A stretch of DNA of 63,991 nucleotides, filler included, from Octopus bimaculoides (Eukaryota), in NCBI RefSeq assembly GCF_001194135.2. It is 6 parts of 6 records of this genome, joined end to end, with 100 filler letters (N's around TTAATTAATTAA, not from the genome) between each part and the next. Parts side by side here need not be neighbours in the genome. Positions count along the whole stretch, not along the records: positions 1 to 24,783 come from NC_068982.1; positions 24,884 to 36,346 come from NC_068990.1; 4 more parts are not named here. One strand, given 5' to 3'. Positions 14,323 to 27,775 of the stretch are shown here, piece by piece. The notes beneath the pieces are model-generated. The model searched no databases, had not been told where the DNA came from, and worked only from the letters and a program-made list of their open reading frames with translations. How positions within the stretch are numbered: position 1 is the stretch's first letter; the number at the start of each line of letters is the position of its first letter. Made by a program: the position numbers and the translations under genes.

Positions 14323-14538
14323 CTCGCGCTTCAGTTCTACAAGATCTCCTTGATTATTTCGAGAACGATGAAATCTTTTTGAAAACTTTGTGTAGGCCTC
14401 TGAGTAGGTATCGCCAAGCTTTTGACAAAACTTGACGTAGATTCTCTTCTCAATTTTCTCTGACATGGTCAATGCGACGATCATACGCCACACTCGTTCC
14501 TTCGATTCACTGCTGTAAACAGCGGAAGTGAGCTAGAA
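13760..14538 (+). mobile_element. Mariner N-terminal fragment with an inverted copy of its own 5' region
   Basis: SEAYAKLHKVYGEECISRTQRYEWFRRFYDGRKNV...NRRITVHEL (HTH) and MRRVSAKFMSKLL. 14391-14538 is the reverse complement of 13871-13997. A 34-nt poly(A) lies at 14286-14319. Confidence 0.85.
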
Positions 14539-14939
14539 TTTTATTCCAGTCTTGATCACAACTGTTGGATGAACGGGAACGTGAAACTCTGAATAACAGT
14601 TTTTGTGATGTTTTTGTAGCTTTGATAAAAAAACATATTATTCTACCTTCGGTATTCGAGTACTATTTTACCACCTTGTTTTGCATTTATGTGTTTACTC
14701 GTGCATATGTGTGTGTCTCCATATATATATTTCCTCGTAAAAATAGAATATGTATATTACTTAACAGAAAATTATTGAGACACACCATTTTAATGTTTAA
14801 CACATTTTACTAGAGAACTATAAAACAGACATTGTAATATTTGCGTATATACATAAAACACAGACACACACACACTCTCTCTCACACACACACACTCTCA
14901 CACACACACGATATACATATATATATATATATATATAAG

Positions 14940-14977
<38 letters not shown>

Positions 14978-16667
14978 TTTGCGTGCGTGCGTTTGTGTGT
15001 ATGTGTGTTTGTGTGTTTGTGTACGTGAATGCATTGTGGAGAATTACATGTAGACACAAAGACGCTCAAAGAAAAATGATTTGTGCATTCATTTGGCTTT
15101 ATATGTAAATAAGAAAGTGTTAAATACGCCTAGAAATGCTGACAAGCTACACTAACTGTATTTAGTTTTAGTAGATAAAACTTGAAATAGATATCATCAT
15201 CGTTTCACGCACGTATGCAGGTGGATATTAATTTTAGTCGATAATGCTGTGAAAATAATGTGTGAATTTTATGTTGCAGTTTCGAAAATATATAATGTTA
15301 TGCAGATGCGAAGTATAAATACACATTGCGTACACATTCAGACATTCACCCATACATTTTGACTCGTGTGTTTAGTTGCTTGCTTAAGCCATCGAGTGAA
15401 CATATTTAATATGTATTTATCAGTACCGACGTCCTGTGTTCCTATATGAATAACACGTTAATATGTTCCATTGTACAGAAAAAGAGAACCCTGTAGGCTA
15501 ACTACGTCATGTCTCACCTAATTGCGAGATTAGCATTGTATTATAATTCTTGAAAAAGTATCACGTCTAATGGTTTTCTGATTTAATTATATATACATAT
15601 ATACACACACACATACGTACATACACATACATACAAACATACATACATACATACGCACATACATATATATATAGAGAGAGTTATGCATACGCACACAGAC
15701 ACCCACGTATACATACTGAAGTCTTATTATACCATTAGTCTATACTGTCGTGGAAGTATTACGGAATATATACACTCAGCCTACACTAATACCGATAACG
15801 TGTATGATTTATTTATACTCAGGGAATGTCTATTTTCCATTGCATAATCAATATAGAATTTTGCATTTGAGTTATTAATCTCTTATTTGTCAATTACGTT
15901 GAGAGCTATGCTTCGATAAATAAAAGCGAAAAACTTGGAGTCTGTGGCCTGTACTTCACAAAAAAAAAAATGGAAATTGTATTAATCTTTGACGTATTTT
16001 GTATTTTCTGAGCGCACAGTTTTTGTAGCCAGTTTTAAAATGCTTCCTGCTTTCTAGTTAACGTTTTAATGATATTCGTGTTTAATATACGTGTACCACT
16101 AATTTTTTTCATGTAGGTGGGACCTCTAAATTACCATTAATGGTTTCCATTTGCGTATTCACCTGCTTCATCCGTAAGAACCGTTCTTTTATATGATATA
16201 TATGAGGAAGACTAAATGTGTGGTTAGGATCCCTGGTAATTCTTACTCTTTCAAGAACTTAAGAAAGGCATCTCATTCTGCAATAGCATAATACTCTGTT
16301 GCAGAATAGAAATTTCTGAAGAGAATATTCGCAAATTTCAATCGTTTATCTTTAGGCAACTCCGCACCGATGAAAACCTAATTACATAAATACACAGATA
16401 CATAGATATATACGTAGACATACGCACATATATTATTTATTTGTTTGACAATAAAGCAGTCTCTCTAGTTGATACAGTTCAGCTTCTAATTACTGTTGGT
16501 ATCAGTATCCGAAATACAGATTCAAATATCTAGTTTCATAGCATTTATTCAGTCGTCATTTGGGAAGTGAGTTGTTGCAAGAGAGCACTGACAATTAATT
16601 TCCTGTAACACGAACAGACACATTTGTTTTCATATCTAAAATACACATTCTCAAATTTATGAATATT

Positions 16668-16867
16668 CGTTTCTACTCTAGGCACAAGGCCCGAAATTTT
16701 GGGGGAGGTGCCGCCAGTCGATTAGATCGACCCCAGTATGCAACTGGTACTTAAGTTATCGACTCCGAAAGGATGAAAGGCGAAGTCGACCTCCGCAGAA
16801 TTTGAACTCAGAACGTAAAGACAGACGAAATACCGGCGTGCTAACATTTCTGCCAGCTCGCCGCCTT
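16668..16867 (-). mobile_element. SINE family A, tail type 2, with 17-bp TSD
   Basis: Reverse complement of the family A head. TSD TCAAATTTATG(A/G)ATATT at 16651-16667 and 16868-16884. Confidence 0.9.
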
Positions 16868-17630
16868 TCAAATTTATGGATATTACATTAGATATGTATG
16901 CGGGTTACACTTACCAACTCCAGAAACCTTAACGAAGAACTGCCAAGACGAATTCAAATATCAAACGTTATCATCTTAAAAAAGAAAAAAAAAATGTTAG
17001 CGGTATAAAGAAAAATAATTGTCCGCTGCTCACTTGTAGAATTTTTATACGAATGTACGAAAGCAGCAACAGTGAAGTTACACGAACACGGCACAAAAAA
17101 TATAAGTTCGCCTTTCAGAAAACAGCATAGATTGCGGAAATAAATTATGTAACTTAAATATGCTTATTTAAATTTATCTTTGTTTCAAATAAGTTCACCT
17201 AAAGAACAAAAGTTAATAAACACATATTCACTCATTTTTTTCTTTTATATTTGCCATCCTAAAATTGAATATTTTATACGTGCGTATGATCATGTATATT
17301 TGTGTTTCGTCTACGTGTGTGTGTATGTGAGTGTGTATGTGCGTGCGTCTGAAATCTGCAGAGATGTAAGAAGCCTAAATATTTCCATCCTCACGACGAG
17401 CTAATTTGGAAAAAAATGCGTTATAACATACACCATGGATCAAAGTAAAAAAAAAAAAAGAAAATTGTTGCTAAATTAATGTACGAATGTACACACACAC
17501 TGACTTCTGCACACGCATACATATATGGCTGAAGCGGGAAGACCGAATATGGCTTGAAAGTCATAACAAGTCTAGGTGAGACAGGTTGACACTGAAGTGG
17601 CTTCGTGCCCTCCATTGTCAGTTAAAGTTC

Positions 17631-17802
17631 AGACAGTGTCATGTGACAACTTGCTGGAGCCACTTGCTGGAACCTAGCAGCGGGAGGTTTAGACAGTGTC
17701 ATGTGACAACTTGCTGGTGCTGCCTACTGGACCCTAGCAGCGGGAAATTTAGACAGTGTCACGTGACAACTAGCTGGGGCTGCCTGCTGGAGCCTAGCAG
17801 CA
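17631..17802 (+). repeat. 3 x 60-bp tandem repeat with a GTCA(T/C)GTGAC palindrome, followed by TATAAAAAGG
   Basis: AGACAGTGTC recurs at 17631, 17691 and 17751, an exact 60-bp period. Confidence 0.95.
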
Positions 17803-18271
17803 GATATAAAAAGGGGAACTTGACACGACGATCAGTCGGACGCTGACACTCGTTGATGCTGCATCGAAGAGGCCAGGGAATAGAAGAAAGAAGACATGCA
17901 CCCAACACCAGAGCTGAAGACACCTCCGAAAGGAGGGGCCCCGCCACGTCAAAACGGTAGAGGAGTAGGGGCCGAAACCGGACGTGGTTCCTCCTGATGA
18001 TGTCTTCAGCTAACTGGATCCTATAAAGGAGCTGTTGTGGTAGCAGACCACGAAACATGGTTGAAATTCCTCCATACATACATACATAGATATATACATA
18101 CAAACATGCATGCATACATACATACATACATACATACATAAATATGTACACAACATGTACACGCATATCTAAATATATACATCTATATAAATGTGTGTGT
18201 ACCTGTATATTTACACACAGACGCGCGCACGCGCGCACACATACACACATACGCATACACACACACACATA

Positions 18272-19150
18272 TACGAGGGTGTACCCAAAAGAAACCGGAT
18301 TTTCGCAATATTATTTTATTCACTTAGTTTTAGATGTTTACACTTTTATCGCCTTCAGAATAATCTCCATTTAAAGCAATGCATCGACTCAGATACGTTT
18401 TCTACTGTTCAAGGCAATGCTGGAACTCTTGCGAAGTGATGCCTTTTAACGCCTTCGTCGTTTTCTTTCTTCATCTCTTCCCCATCTTCAAATTCCGTAG
18501 CACAGGCTTTCGTTTCCTGTGGTGACCTTCAAAAAAAGGTCAAGATCAACTTCCAACTGTTTTTTTCAGTTCACGACACGCATTCAGTCGTGACTGTTAT
18601 TGATATTCCGCGAGCAAGTGAGGCACAGATTTTGCTGCAACTCCTTTCATTGGAAATTCCCTGCTCAAAATCCATTGGCAGATGCTCTAGGAGACATCAG
18701 TTATATCAAAACGTCTGTCAATTGTTCGGTGACGATCCTCGAAGAAAAGTTCCGGAATTTTCATGATGTTTTCATTCGTTGGGGTAGTCGATGGTTACCC
18801 TGAACGAGGCTGGTCTTCAAGCAACAAGTGACCATTCCTAAAGCGTGGAAACCACTCGTAAACTTGTGTCTTGCATAACAACTGTTTCGGCCTCCGTTTT
18901 CACCAGTAGAAAACAGAATTTCACGGAGGAACGCTGTTCTTTCGTTTCAGCATTCACAAAAGTCGACAAACAGGGGAGAAGCACTGCAGAACAAAGATAC
19001 ACCAGGTGACAGCTGACTCCACTGGACAACGCCGGTCGATAGACTAATGCTTGAGGGTGGAATCAAGTGGCTTTTAGCGGCGGAAGCCTGTACTACAGTG
19101 GGCTTGTGCAACAAAGAATGTTTCCGGTTACTTTTGGGTACCCCCTTGTA
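18272..19150 (-). mobile_element. Internally deleted mariner element with both TIRs and TA TSDs
   Basis: TIRs TACGAGGGTGTACCCAAAAGAAACCGGA (18272-18299) and its near reverse complement (19123-19150). The minus strand gives EQRSSVKFCFLL, QVYEWFPRFRNG, AAKSVPHLL and C-terminal RCIALNGDY; the catalytic middle is missing. Confidence 0.92.
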
Positions 19151-21651
19151 TATAGCCAGATAGATATACATATATAAATGCGTATGAATGTATGCATATA
19201 TATATANNNNNNNNNNNNNNNNNNNNNNNNNNNNNNNNNNNNNNNNNNNNNNNNNNNNNNNNNNNNNNNNNNNNNNNNNNNNNNNNNNNNNNNNNNNNNN
19301 NNNNNNNNNNNNNNNNNNNNNNNNNNNNNNNNNNNNNNNNNNNNNNNNNNNNNNNNNNNNNNNNNNNNNNNNNNNNNNNNNNNNNNNNNNNNNNNNNNNN
19401 NNNNNNNNNNNNNNNNNNNNNNNNNNNNNNNNNNNNNNNNNNNNTGTGTGTGAGTGTACGCACGTAAATATATGATGAAAGTCACTTGTAACAGATTCAA
19501 AATAAGTTACTAGGAAAGTGACTTAATATATAATTAGTATTGGATTGCCATTAAAAAAAATCAAGATGGAAATTCTTTGGTAATTTCTATAACAGCCATT
19601 ATAAAAAATATCGATAGATAAATAATTATCGTCAGTAATATATGTTCTGTTAAGTATATAAAAATGTATCCTCAATAAAGAAACTTTCAACACTAATAAG
19701 AAACTAACTTTCAGTATTCAATAAATCCATTTAGACATAAATGCAAGCTAAAAGAAAATAAACACAAAAAGTATAGACTTTCTAGTGCAGAATCGTTGCA
19801 GGCCAGGGTACAAGTGTATTTAGTTACAGCTCTTTCCAATTTAAGGTCAAGTCCTATAAAGCAACTTAGATGTCATTATAGCAGAAGAAAAAATATATAT
19901 TATAGTGGTGATTTTGTAGTAGATTTAGTTTGCACTACATTGTCGAATGACCAGTGGATGATTGAATTGTTGGTGGTTATGAAGATTTGATTGAATCGTG
20001 TGAGAATAAACTGTGGTAAATATCATGATGTATAATGCAAAGACGAAGGATATATTTGGATGTTAATGAATTCTCTGTAATACTCCAAGTATCTGTATAT
20101 GCGCTTGAAAACAAAATTTAAGTTCAAACCAAGCACTCTTCGCAATTCATATGATCTCAATCGTCAGTGGAAACTGGAATTGCTGCCCAACTGATGTGCT
20201 TTCCATACGTGGACAAAATGGTTATGACTAATAAAGGAACCAGAAGAACAATAATCCTTTCATTCAGAGTTAAAATATGTTAATAATGAAATATTCCAAA
20301 AATTACTAGACAATGCATCAGAATCTATTGTAGCTCTATTGTATAAGCACTAGCTTATAGAATTAATAATTAATGTTTATAAAATGCTATGCTTCCTAGT
20401 AGAAGTTTACAATCGAATGAAATTATCATTAGATTACTAGTACTTATAATAAATGTGAAGTTCGGACAAATTATATTAACCCAAATGACTGCAAAAAAAA
20501 AAAACGTCGCTAAATAATACAAAATGTTAATTACTCACGAATTAAGTTACTTAAAAAAATTTTTTTTGAGTACTGCAGTTCTTTATTTATGCTGCAGTAA
20601 CTGTTTTGTGTTTAGTCATTTGGCCTTAGCGGGTATTGCTGAAATAAACAGATAAGATTGTCACTCACATTTCTAGATATTAACAGTAACTTTTGGCTTC
20701 AGGAAGAGACGCTAAATTTGTGATTATTTCTTCGATCGTGGTATGCTCGTCTAGGAAATTCATTACGTTGTGCTTTGAAAGACTCTCTAAATTGGTAACA
20801 TAAGGCACCGAAAATTTTTGTTTTCAAGACTTTTGAGGAGATAAACTTTGTCATAATGAATTAGATAATCAATCAGTGATTCATTTATATTTTACATTTA
20901 CTTCACTTGAGCTTTAATATACCGTGGTACAGCTGAAAAATGATGCATTCATTAATATTTTTGCATTTTACGACAGGCTTGAAGTGCGCACCAAATTCTC
21001 TTATCAAGGAGTTAATCTTTCCTTTCAAGGAAATATTTCTTAAAACTGAAAAACGTTTTTTATGAACATTTAAATATCTCATGAACTAAACTAAATTTTT
21101 GCTTAAGTATATTTCACACGTATTTTACTGAAAGTTAAATTTAGGATATTAAAAAAATCTCATTACTAAAAATCAACCAATAGAACATTGCCGCCATAAT
21201 TATTTTATATAGTTCTTACTCTTGTAATGTAAAACTTCGACATATCAGGTTTTTGCTTCAACTGCGACGATTCTTCGATGAAAACATTAAAATAAATATT
21301 AGAGTGATTAACATAGCTTTAGTTACTTACAAAGCGTCATGGCATTTGTCAAGTACACAGAATGCTTGCCCAAAGTACAGAGCAATGCACGTAATGACAA
21401 ACAGCGGCAGTTACTATATCCGCTATATTTCACTTGACAGATTTCTCTCCGGTAATCATTTGCATGCACAGCAGATATCATACGCCTGTTGTTAGCACTC
21501 AAGTTAATAATCTTCAGTAAGAATATTATAACAATTGATCTCATCATAACTGTATTTCACATGTTTCACAATGCCAGAGAAATAATGCATTTGTGTCTTT
21601 GATCGTGACTAATAAATCACAACGTTTAACTAATATATGTGTGCGCGTGCT

Positions 21652-21945
<294 letters not shown>

Positions 21946-22769
21946 TTTGAAATTATCTCTTGCATAATTTTTCTGCAAACCAAGTAATACCAGATTGCGA
22001 TAAATAACTCAGAATCTAGTTCAAACTCATTGTCATTTAACGTACACCACTGATACGAGTATGAATATATGAATATCGTCACCTCTCATACATATTCATG
22101 GTGTTTTTTACATGTTACACAATCATATGCAAAACGTCTGTAGCTATGTGTTGCATTTAACATTATGTTTCACACTGTAATCTTATATTTATAGGTTATA
22201 TTCAAAATATTTTCAGGTAAACTAGATTTGTATCACTTTCGTTTCTGATCTTCATGAGAATATTTATTATTGGATGGCTTCATAGTATGGAGTATGTATA
22301 GCTGCAAACTTATGAAATTAGCCTCACAATTACATGCACCGGACATTGGTCTAACTTCACAGCACCTATTGCATCGTTAGATTCACCGACAATTCGCCCA
22401 GTGAACTTGTTTAGAAGCTCTCTAAATGCATTTGGGCAGTAGACGTACTCAGTCGCCAGTTTAATACCAATTATTTACTCTCAGGTGCCTTCAACTTTCA
22501 CTCAGTTGCAAATACTACATTTTCGGTCTGAGCTTAGATTCGGGAAATGGCAAGCGCACTATCCTTCCCTTTTTATTTAAGCCATTAAAGCTGTGTATCA
22601 AAACGCCATCATGAAATTTACATATTTACTAATTCAAATTTTGTCACATTTGTATTGAACAATTGATTAAACGTTTCATGAAGACCCTGAATCAAGTCTA
22701 TACATATGTAGCGTAAATATAAATATAGGAAACGGCTATTCTATAAATGAAATGTCGTATATGTTTACA

Positions 22770-22975
22770 TCTGTGTCTTTGTGCGACTTCTCCACACACC
22801 ACATGATAACCGTTGTTGGTTTCTTTACGCCGCCACAACTTTGCGGTTCAGCGGAATATATCCCATAAAATGTGTTCCACACATAAAAATATATTGAGAA
22901 GATTTAATTCCATGAAAACCTTTTAAGGCGGTGCCCCAGCATGACCGCATTCCAATGACTGAAGCTAGTAAAATA
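22770..22975 (+). mobile_element. Old 3' fragment of SINE family B
   Basis: AAGGCGGTGCCCCAGCATGACCGCA...ATGACTGAA tail, shared with 51181-51558 and 52300-52510. Confidence 0.6.
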
Positions 22976-24226
22976 TGTTAGAGGGGGCAAGATATTGTAT
23001 ACAAATATATAATACCATATAGAATAAGATTATATTGTTATCGAGCATGTTTTCAATATATATATATGCACAACACTAAAAGTACATAGATGGAAATCTT
23101 CTGTGAATAATTCACGCTATACCATTAATATATTTTTAACGAACATTTGCTCACATACTTTTTCTACTAAATTAATTACTTTATTTTGTTTGTTGTTTGC
23201 TTAAAAATTAGAATCATACACACGTTTCCGCATTTTCAAGTATTTTCCATTTAATTATTTGTAAACGTTTCTTAATTTGATCCTTTCAACTGATGCGATT
23301 TAGAAATGTATTTATATCTCCAAGCACTAGCAAATGACGCTGGAGGGTAATTCTAATAGAGTGTAATTAGGTTGCAGATGTTCGGCACAAGAAGCGAAAA
23401 CTGATTGATAATCGAAGTGCATGATGGAAAAATAAAGAAAATATGAAAAATGCACCCAAGGTAAAGTTATTGTGGTGGGAAAAGTACAAATAAGCTGCGA
23501 CTAAAGTGTGAGGATAGGAAATATACAGCAGTAGCAAAATATGAACAAGAAAAGACGGTGAGAGAAATGAGAATATTTAAATAGTTAATGATTAAAGTTA
23601 GAAATACTTTTCGAGATGCTTAGAGCCTTAATGAGGAGAAGGGGAAAAAAAGCCCCACAAAATAGATTAAAAATTTGAAGCTATATTTACATAATAAATA
23701 ACTAAAATGTAACTTCAAATAAATTGAAAAGGGCTCATGTTGATGTCTCTTTTATAGTATATTTCGTTCGATTTTTCTCTTCTTTCATTTGAATGTCCAA
23801 AAATATTAAAAATAGGCAAAGCACCGTGAAAGTTCGAATGAGTAGAAGTGTTATTAACCAAAAATATGTATTATTCTTCAACTGATATTATAGACCGTAA
23901 TCTAAATTGAAAAAGCCTCAGTTACCTTTGCTGTTGTACCGCTATTGAATTATAGATATTAGACGACACTATTTCATTCTACACAGTCGGAACAAATATT
24001 AATTATATATAGGTCTTTGACAGAAAGAGGGAAATATATGATTTCCATCGAATGAACAGCTATCAGTGCGTATAAGCATCTGAGGTAAATAGCCCTTGAA
24101 TATTCATTTGGTTGAAAAAGGAGTCAAATATATTTCAGTAGATTATGAGCGATTAATTCAACTTAAAACCTACACATTAATAATGTATTATGCAGCATGT
24201 TCATCAACATTTATGTTCATCTCTGA

Positions 24227-24435
24227 TTGCTGACAGAACCGTTGGCACGCTGGACGGAATGCTTAGCGGTATTTCGTCCGTCGCTACGTTCTGAGTTCAA
24301 ATTGCGCCGGGGTATACTTTGCCTTTCATCCTTGCCGGGTCAATAAATTAATTACCAGTTGAATACTGGGGTTGATGTAATCGACTAGCTCCCACCCACC
24401 AAATTTCAGGCCTTGTGCCTATAGAAGAAAGTATT
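24227..24435 (+). mobile_element. SINE family A, tail type 2
   Basis: GAATGCTTAGCGGTATTTCGTC...GTTCTGAGTTCAAATT...AATTTCAGGCCTTGTGCCTATAG. Confidence 0.85.
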
Positions 24436-24744
24436 ATTTGCTGCAGATATCATTAGTAGTCAGGAACCATCGCTGTTGTGTATGCTGAAACTAAATTTTA
24501 ACCAAACTAAAGGCATAAAGAGTTTAATACTGGAATGTAACATACTGTATAACTATCGTTCGTATACTTTGCATATCCTTCCACATTGCTCAAATGCACA
24601 CTGTAATACGAACTTTAGTCCTCACTCCATGATTATGTCAAGTAATCCGTTTCTATTACAGGCCAAAGATCTTATTTTTTGTACTTATATTGTGAAACTT
24701 ATATTCGTGTAAATATGTAATATTTATGTAAATGCATATAGCTG

Positions 24745-24783
<39 letters not shown>

Positions 24784-24827
24784 NNNNNNNNNNNNNNNNN
24801 NNNNNNNNNNNNNNNNNNNNNNNNNNN

Positions 24828-24839
24828 TTAATTAATTAA
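24828..24839. other. Artificial six-frame-stop spacer TTAATTAATTAA inside a 100-bp gap
   Basis: 44 N + TTAATTAATTAA + 44 N; the same layout recurs at 36391, 54588, 59587 and 62825. Confidence 0.95.
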
Positions 24840-24883
24840 NNNNNNNNNNNNNNNNNNNNNNNNNNNNNNNNNNNNNNNNNNNN

Positions 24884-25160
24884 AATTCCTATCATAGTAG
24901 GTGCCTTAGGTATAATAAAAAAATATTCAGACAAATACATAACAAAAACACCAGGACTTACAAATATATATAACATACAGAAAATTGCACTACTGGGTAC
25001 TGCACACATTCTACGCAAAACACTTTCAATACAGTAAACATAAGAGCACCACAGCAAACCACAGCACATACACAAGGCGCATAGAGCTGCGCTCGGTAGT
25101 GAAGTGAAAGCACGTTATAAAAATAAAACTACTGAATAATAATAATAATAATAATAATAA
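24884..25160 (+). mobile_element. 3' end of a young R4/Dong-like LINE ending in (TAA)n
   Basis: IPIIVGALGIIKKYSDKYITKTPGLTNIYNIQKIALLGTAHILRKTLSIQ* followed by a 3' UTR and (AAT)n; nearly identical to 29886-30155. Confidence 0.88.
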
Positions 25161-25595
25161 CAGTGACTCTCATGGCTTTTGATCGTAACTGATTGAAAGT
25201 GTTATCATGTACATTGTTTTGTCTTGGTATAAAAAGATGAGCTACAGCAAATATTCTGCTGAATACCACAGATTTGCTTCTCAGTTGCTTGACCTTAACC
25301 AGTTGAGGATGTTCCTTGGTGGCTGGCGATAAGTGAATCTCTGATCACGAACAGAAGATGTAGGGGAGCATCATAGCCATGTGTTGAGAGGAATTCGCTT
25401 AGCTAAGCCAGCAACGTGGAACTTCATCAATGAACAAATTACAAAAACTTACGACGTGATTTTTCACCTAAATCAGAATTATGGTTAAACAAGTTCACAA
25501 TGTTAAAAGCCTCACTAATTAGCCACTAAATGGCAAGCACTAAATAACCAGACACTGTTGACAACGTTCAACAAGGAAGCCGATAAAACGACTGA

Positions 25596-25676
25596 AACGT
25601 CTGGTCTGTGAATCGGGGCCACGGTCCTATGACCGCGAGCTTACTGCCCTAACCACTGGGCCATTGCGCCTCCACG
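25596..25676 (-). mobile_element. 5' (tRNA-like head) fragment of SINE family C
   Basis: TATGACCGCGAG...GCCCTAACCACTGGGCCATTGCGCCTCCAC is the reverse complement of the head at 49909. Confidence 0.75.
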
Positions 25677-27048
25677 ATTTATAGATACAGAATACCTGTC
25701 TCGCAACTTGACTTCGCGCCCCTGAGTTCTTCAGGCGAAAGATGTTACAACTTAGTGTAATTGTTCATTTATGGCCATTGGTATGAATGTGGTCTCTTGT
25801 TTGTGTCAGTTAATTAGCTGTAATTTTTATATTTGTTCGTTGATATCAAATCTTTACTTCCTTTCAATTTGTTCATTCGGAATGTATTTAGGTGTTTCTA
25901 CGCGTTTCTATATTTTGCTTTTGTTTTTCATTCACTGAATTTATGCGGAAATTTGCTTATCTCACTACGAGTTATTTATTTGACGAATCTCCCAATCTCA
26001 GTAAGGGATGCTTATTTTTTTGCGATGCGGATGATGATGATGATCAATATAATACGTGTGTATTTGTGTTTGTGTGAATGTGTGTGTATGTGTGCTGTTG
26101 TTGTCGTTTACTCAAGTCTGTTTCTTTCAGTCAAATTAGTTAATCTCTTGATGGATAATTTTGTATTTTGAGGGAGCGTTTGTATTATGTTTCTTTGGTG
26201 CTGATATTATGATTCCTGACTCAGTGATATCTTTTTATTGGTAGGCTTGGTAATGTATGTCTTTGGTGATCAATATATCGGTGTGTATGCGAATGTGTGT
26301 GTGTGCGTGCGCGCTTGTTTGTTTCATGGGATTTGCTGTATCAATTATATATGGCTGAGTAATTTTGTTAATGTATTTCATGAATGATTGATACTCAAGA
26401 TCCCCTTAAATACAAATGGTACACTGATAAACACAGGAGACAGAAGAGCTTCTAAGCGCTTGACTATCCTGATAGCCGATATACTAGCCATTACTGTCAG
26501 GATCTATAAAATAGCCAAATCACAACATACAACCGAGGAACTGCTGATATGTAAACAACGCCATATACACAAACACGCACGTTCGCGTATGTCCTCTACG
26601 TTTGATTATAAATGACTGAATTCACAAACGCACGCATGTATTTATATAAGCATGCGCAACTATGTAGGATGTAACATTGATACATACAGAGCGGCATGTC
26701 AAAATATATCTACATAATTGACCACAGTTGTATATACAGATGGACATATACGAAAATCATTTACATCTATATGCTTATAACATTCAACACTCGCGTAAAA
26801 AAAAAATGCACTCACACACAGGCACAAACACACACACACACACACATACGTGTACATATACACATGTACACATAAACATACATATATACACATACACGTG
26901 TATCTATCAAGCTATCTGTTTATATATATGCTTTAAGAGGTATTTATATCCTCGAAATAATTTATATATATATATATGTATGTATATATATATGTGTGTG
27001 TATATATATATATGTATATATATATATGTATATGTATATATATACATG

Positions 27049-27107
<59 letters not shown>

Positions 27108-27533
27108 NNNNNNNNNNNNNNNNNNNNNNNNNNNNNNNNNNNNNNNNNNNNNNNNNNNNNNNNNNNNNNNNNNNNNNNNNNNNNNNNNNNNNNNNNNNNN
27201 NNNNNNNNNNNNNNNNNNNNNNNNNNNNNNNNNNNNNNNNNNNNNNNNNNNNNNNNNNNNNNNNNNNNNNNNNNNNNNNNNNNNNNNNNNNNNNNNNNNN
27301 NNNNNNNNNNNNNNNNNNNNNNNNNNNNNNNNNNNNNNNNNNNNNNNNNNNNNNNNNNNNNNNNNNNNNNNNNNNNNNNNNNNNNNNNAGCCTACGCTCT
27401 TCGACAAAAAGAATTACGAGGAAAATAAAGGAGAGTGAGTGAAAACAAAAGGAGAGAGAAAAATGTGTAGGGATTAGTAGTTCAACATATATATCTGTTT
27501 TTTTGTTTTTCTGTTGTTTTTTTTTGTTTTTTT

Positions 27534-27775
27534 TGCTGTACTCTTTCACCACAACTTTCTCTCACTCTTTCTTCCTGTTTCTGTTGTGCCTGTATTTCAA
27601 AATGCTAGCCTTGTCACGCTATGTGTCACGCTGAGTCTCCCCGAGAACTACGTTAAGGGTACACGTGACTGTGGAGTACTCAGCCACTTGCACGTTAATT
27701 TCACGAGCAGGCTCTTCCGTTGATCGGATCAACTGGAACCCTCGACGTCGTAACCGACTGAGTGCTACTCACAAA
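27534..27775 (+). mobile_element. 3' half of SINE family C
   Basis: Colinear with 50056-50290 (GCTGTACTCTTTCACCACAAC...GTTGATCGGATCAACTGGAACCCTCGACGTCG). Confidence 0.88.

Noticed and set aside
17631-17802. CRISPR-like periodic array
   Set aside because: The whole 60-bp unit is repeated with no unique spacers; there are no cas genes and the context is eukaryotic.
17930-18000. HDV-like ribozyme from the crossing helices
   Set aside because: The pseudoknot order is possible, but there is no P3 hairpin, P1.1, P4 or room for the catalytic C strand on either strand.
21323-21547. 74-aa minus-strand ORF ending at a GTAAGT
   Set aside because: No recognisable domain or acceptor; the length is within chance.
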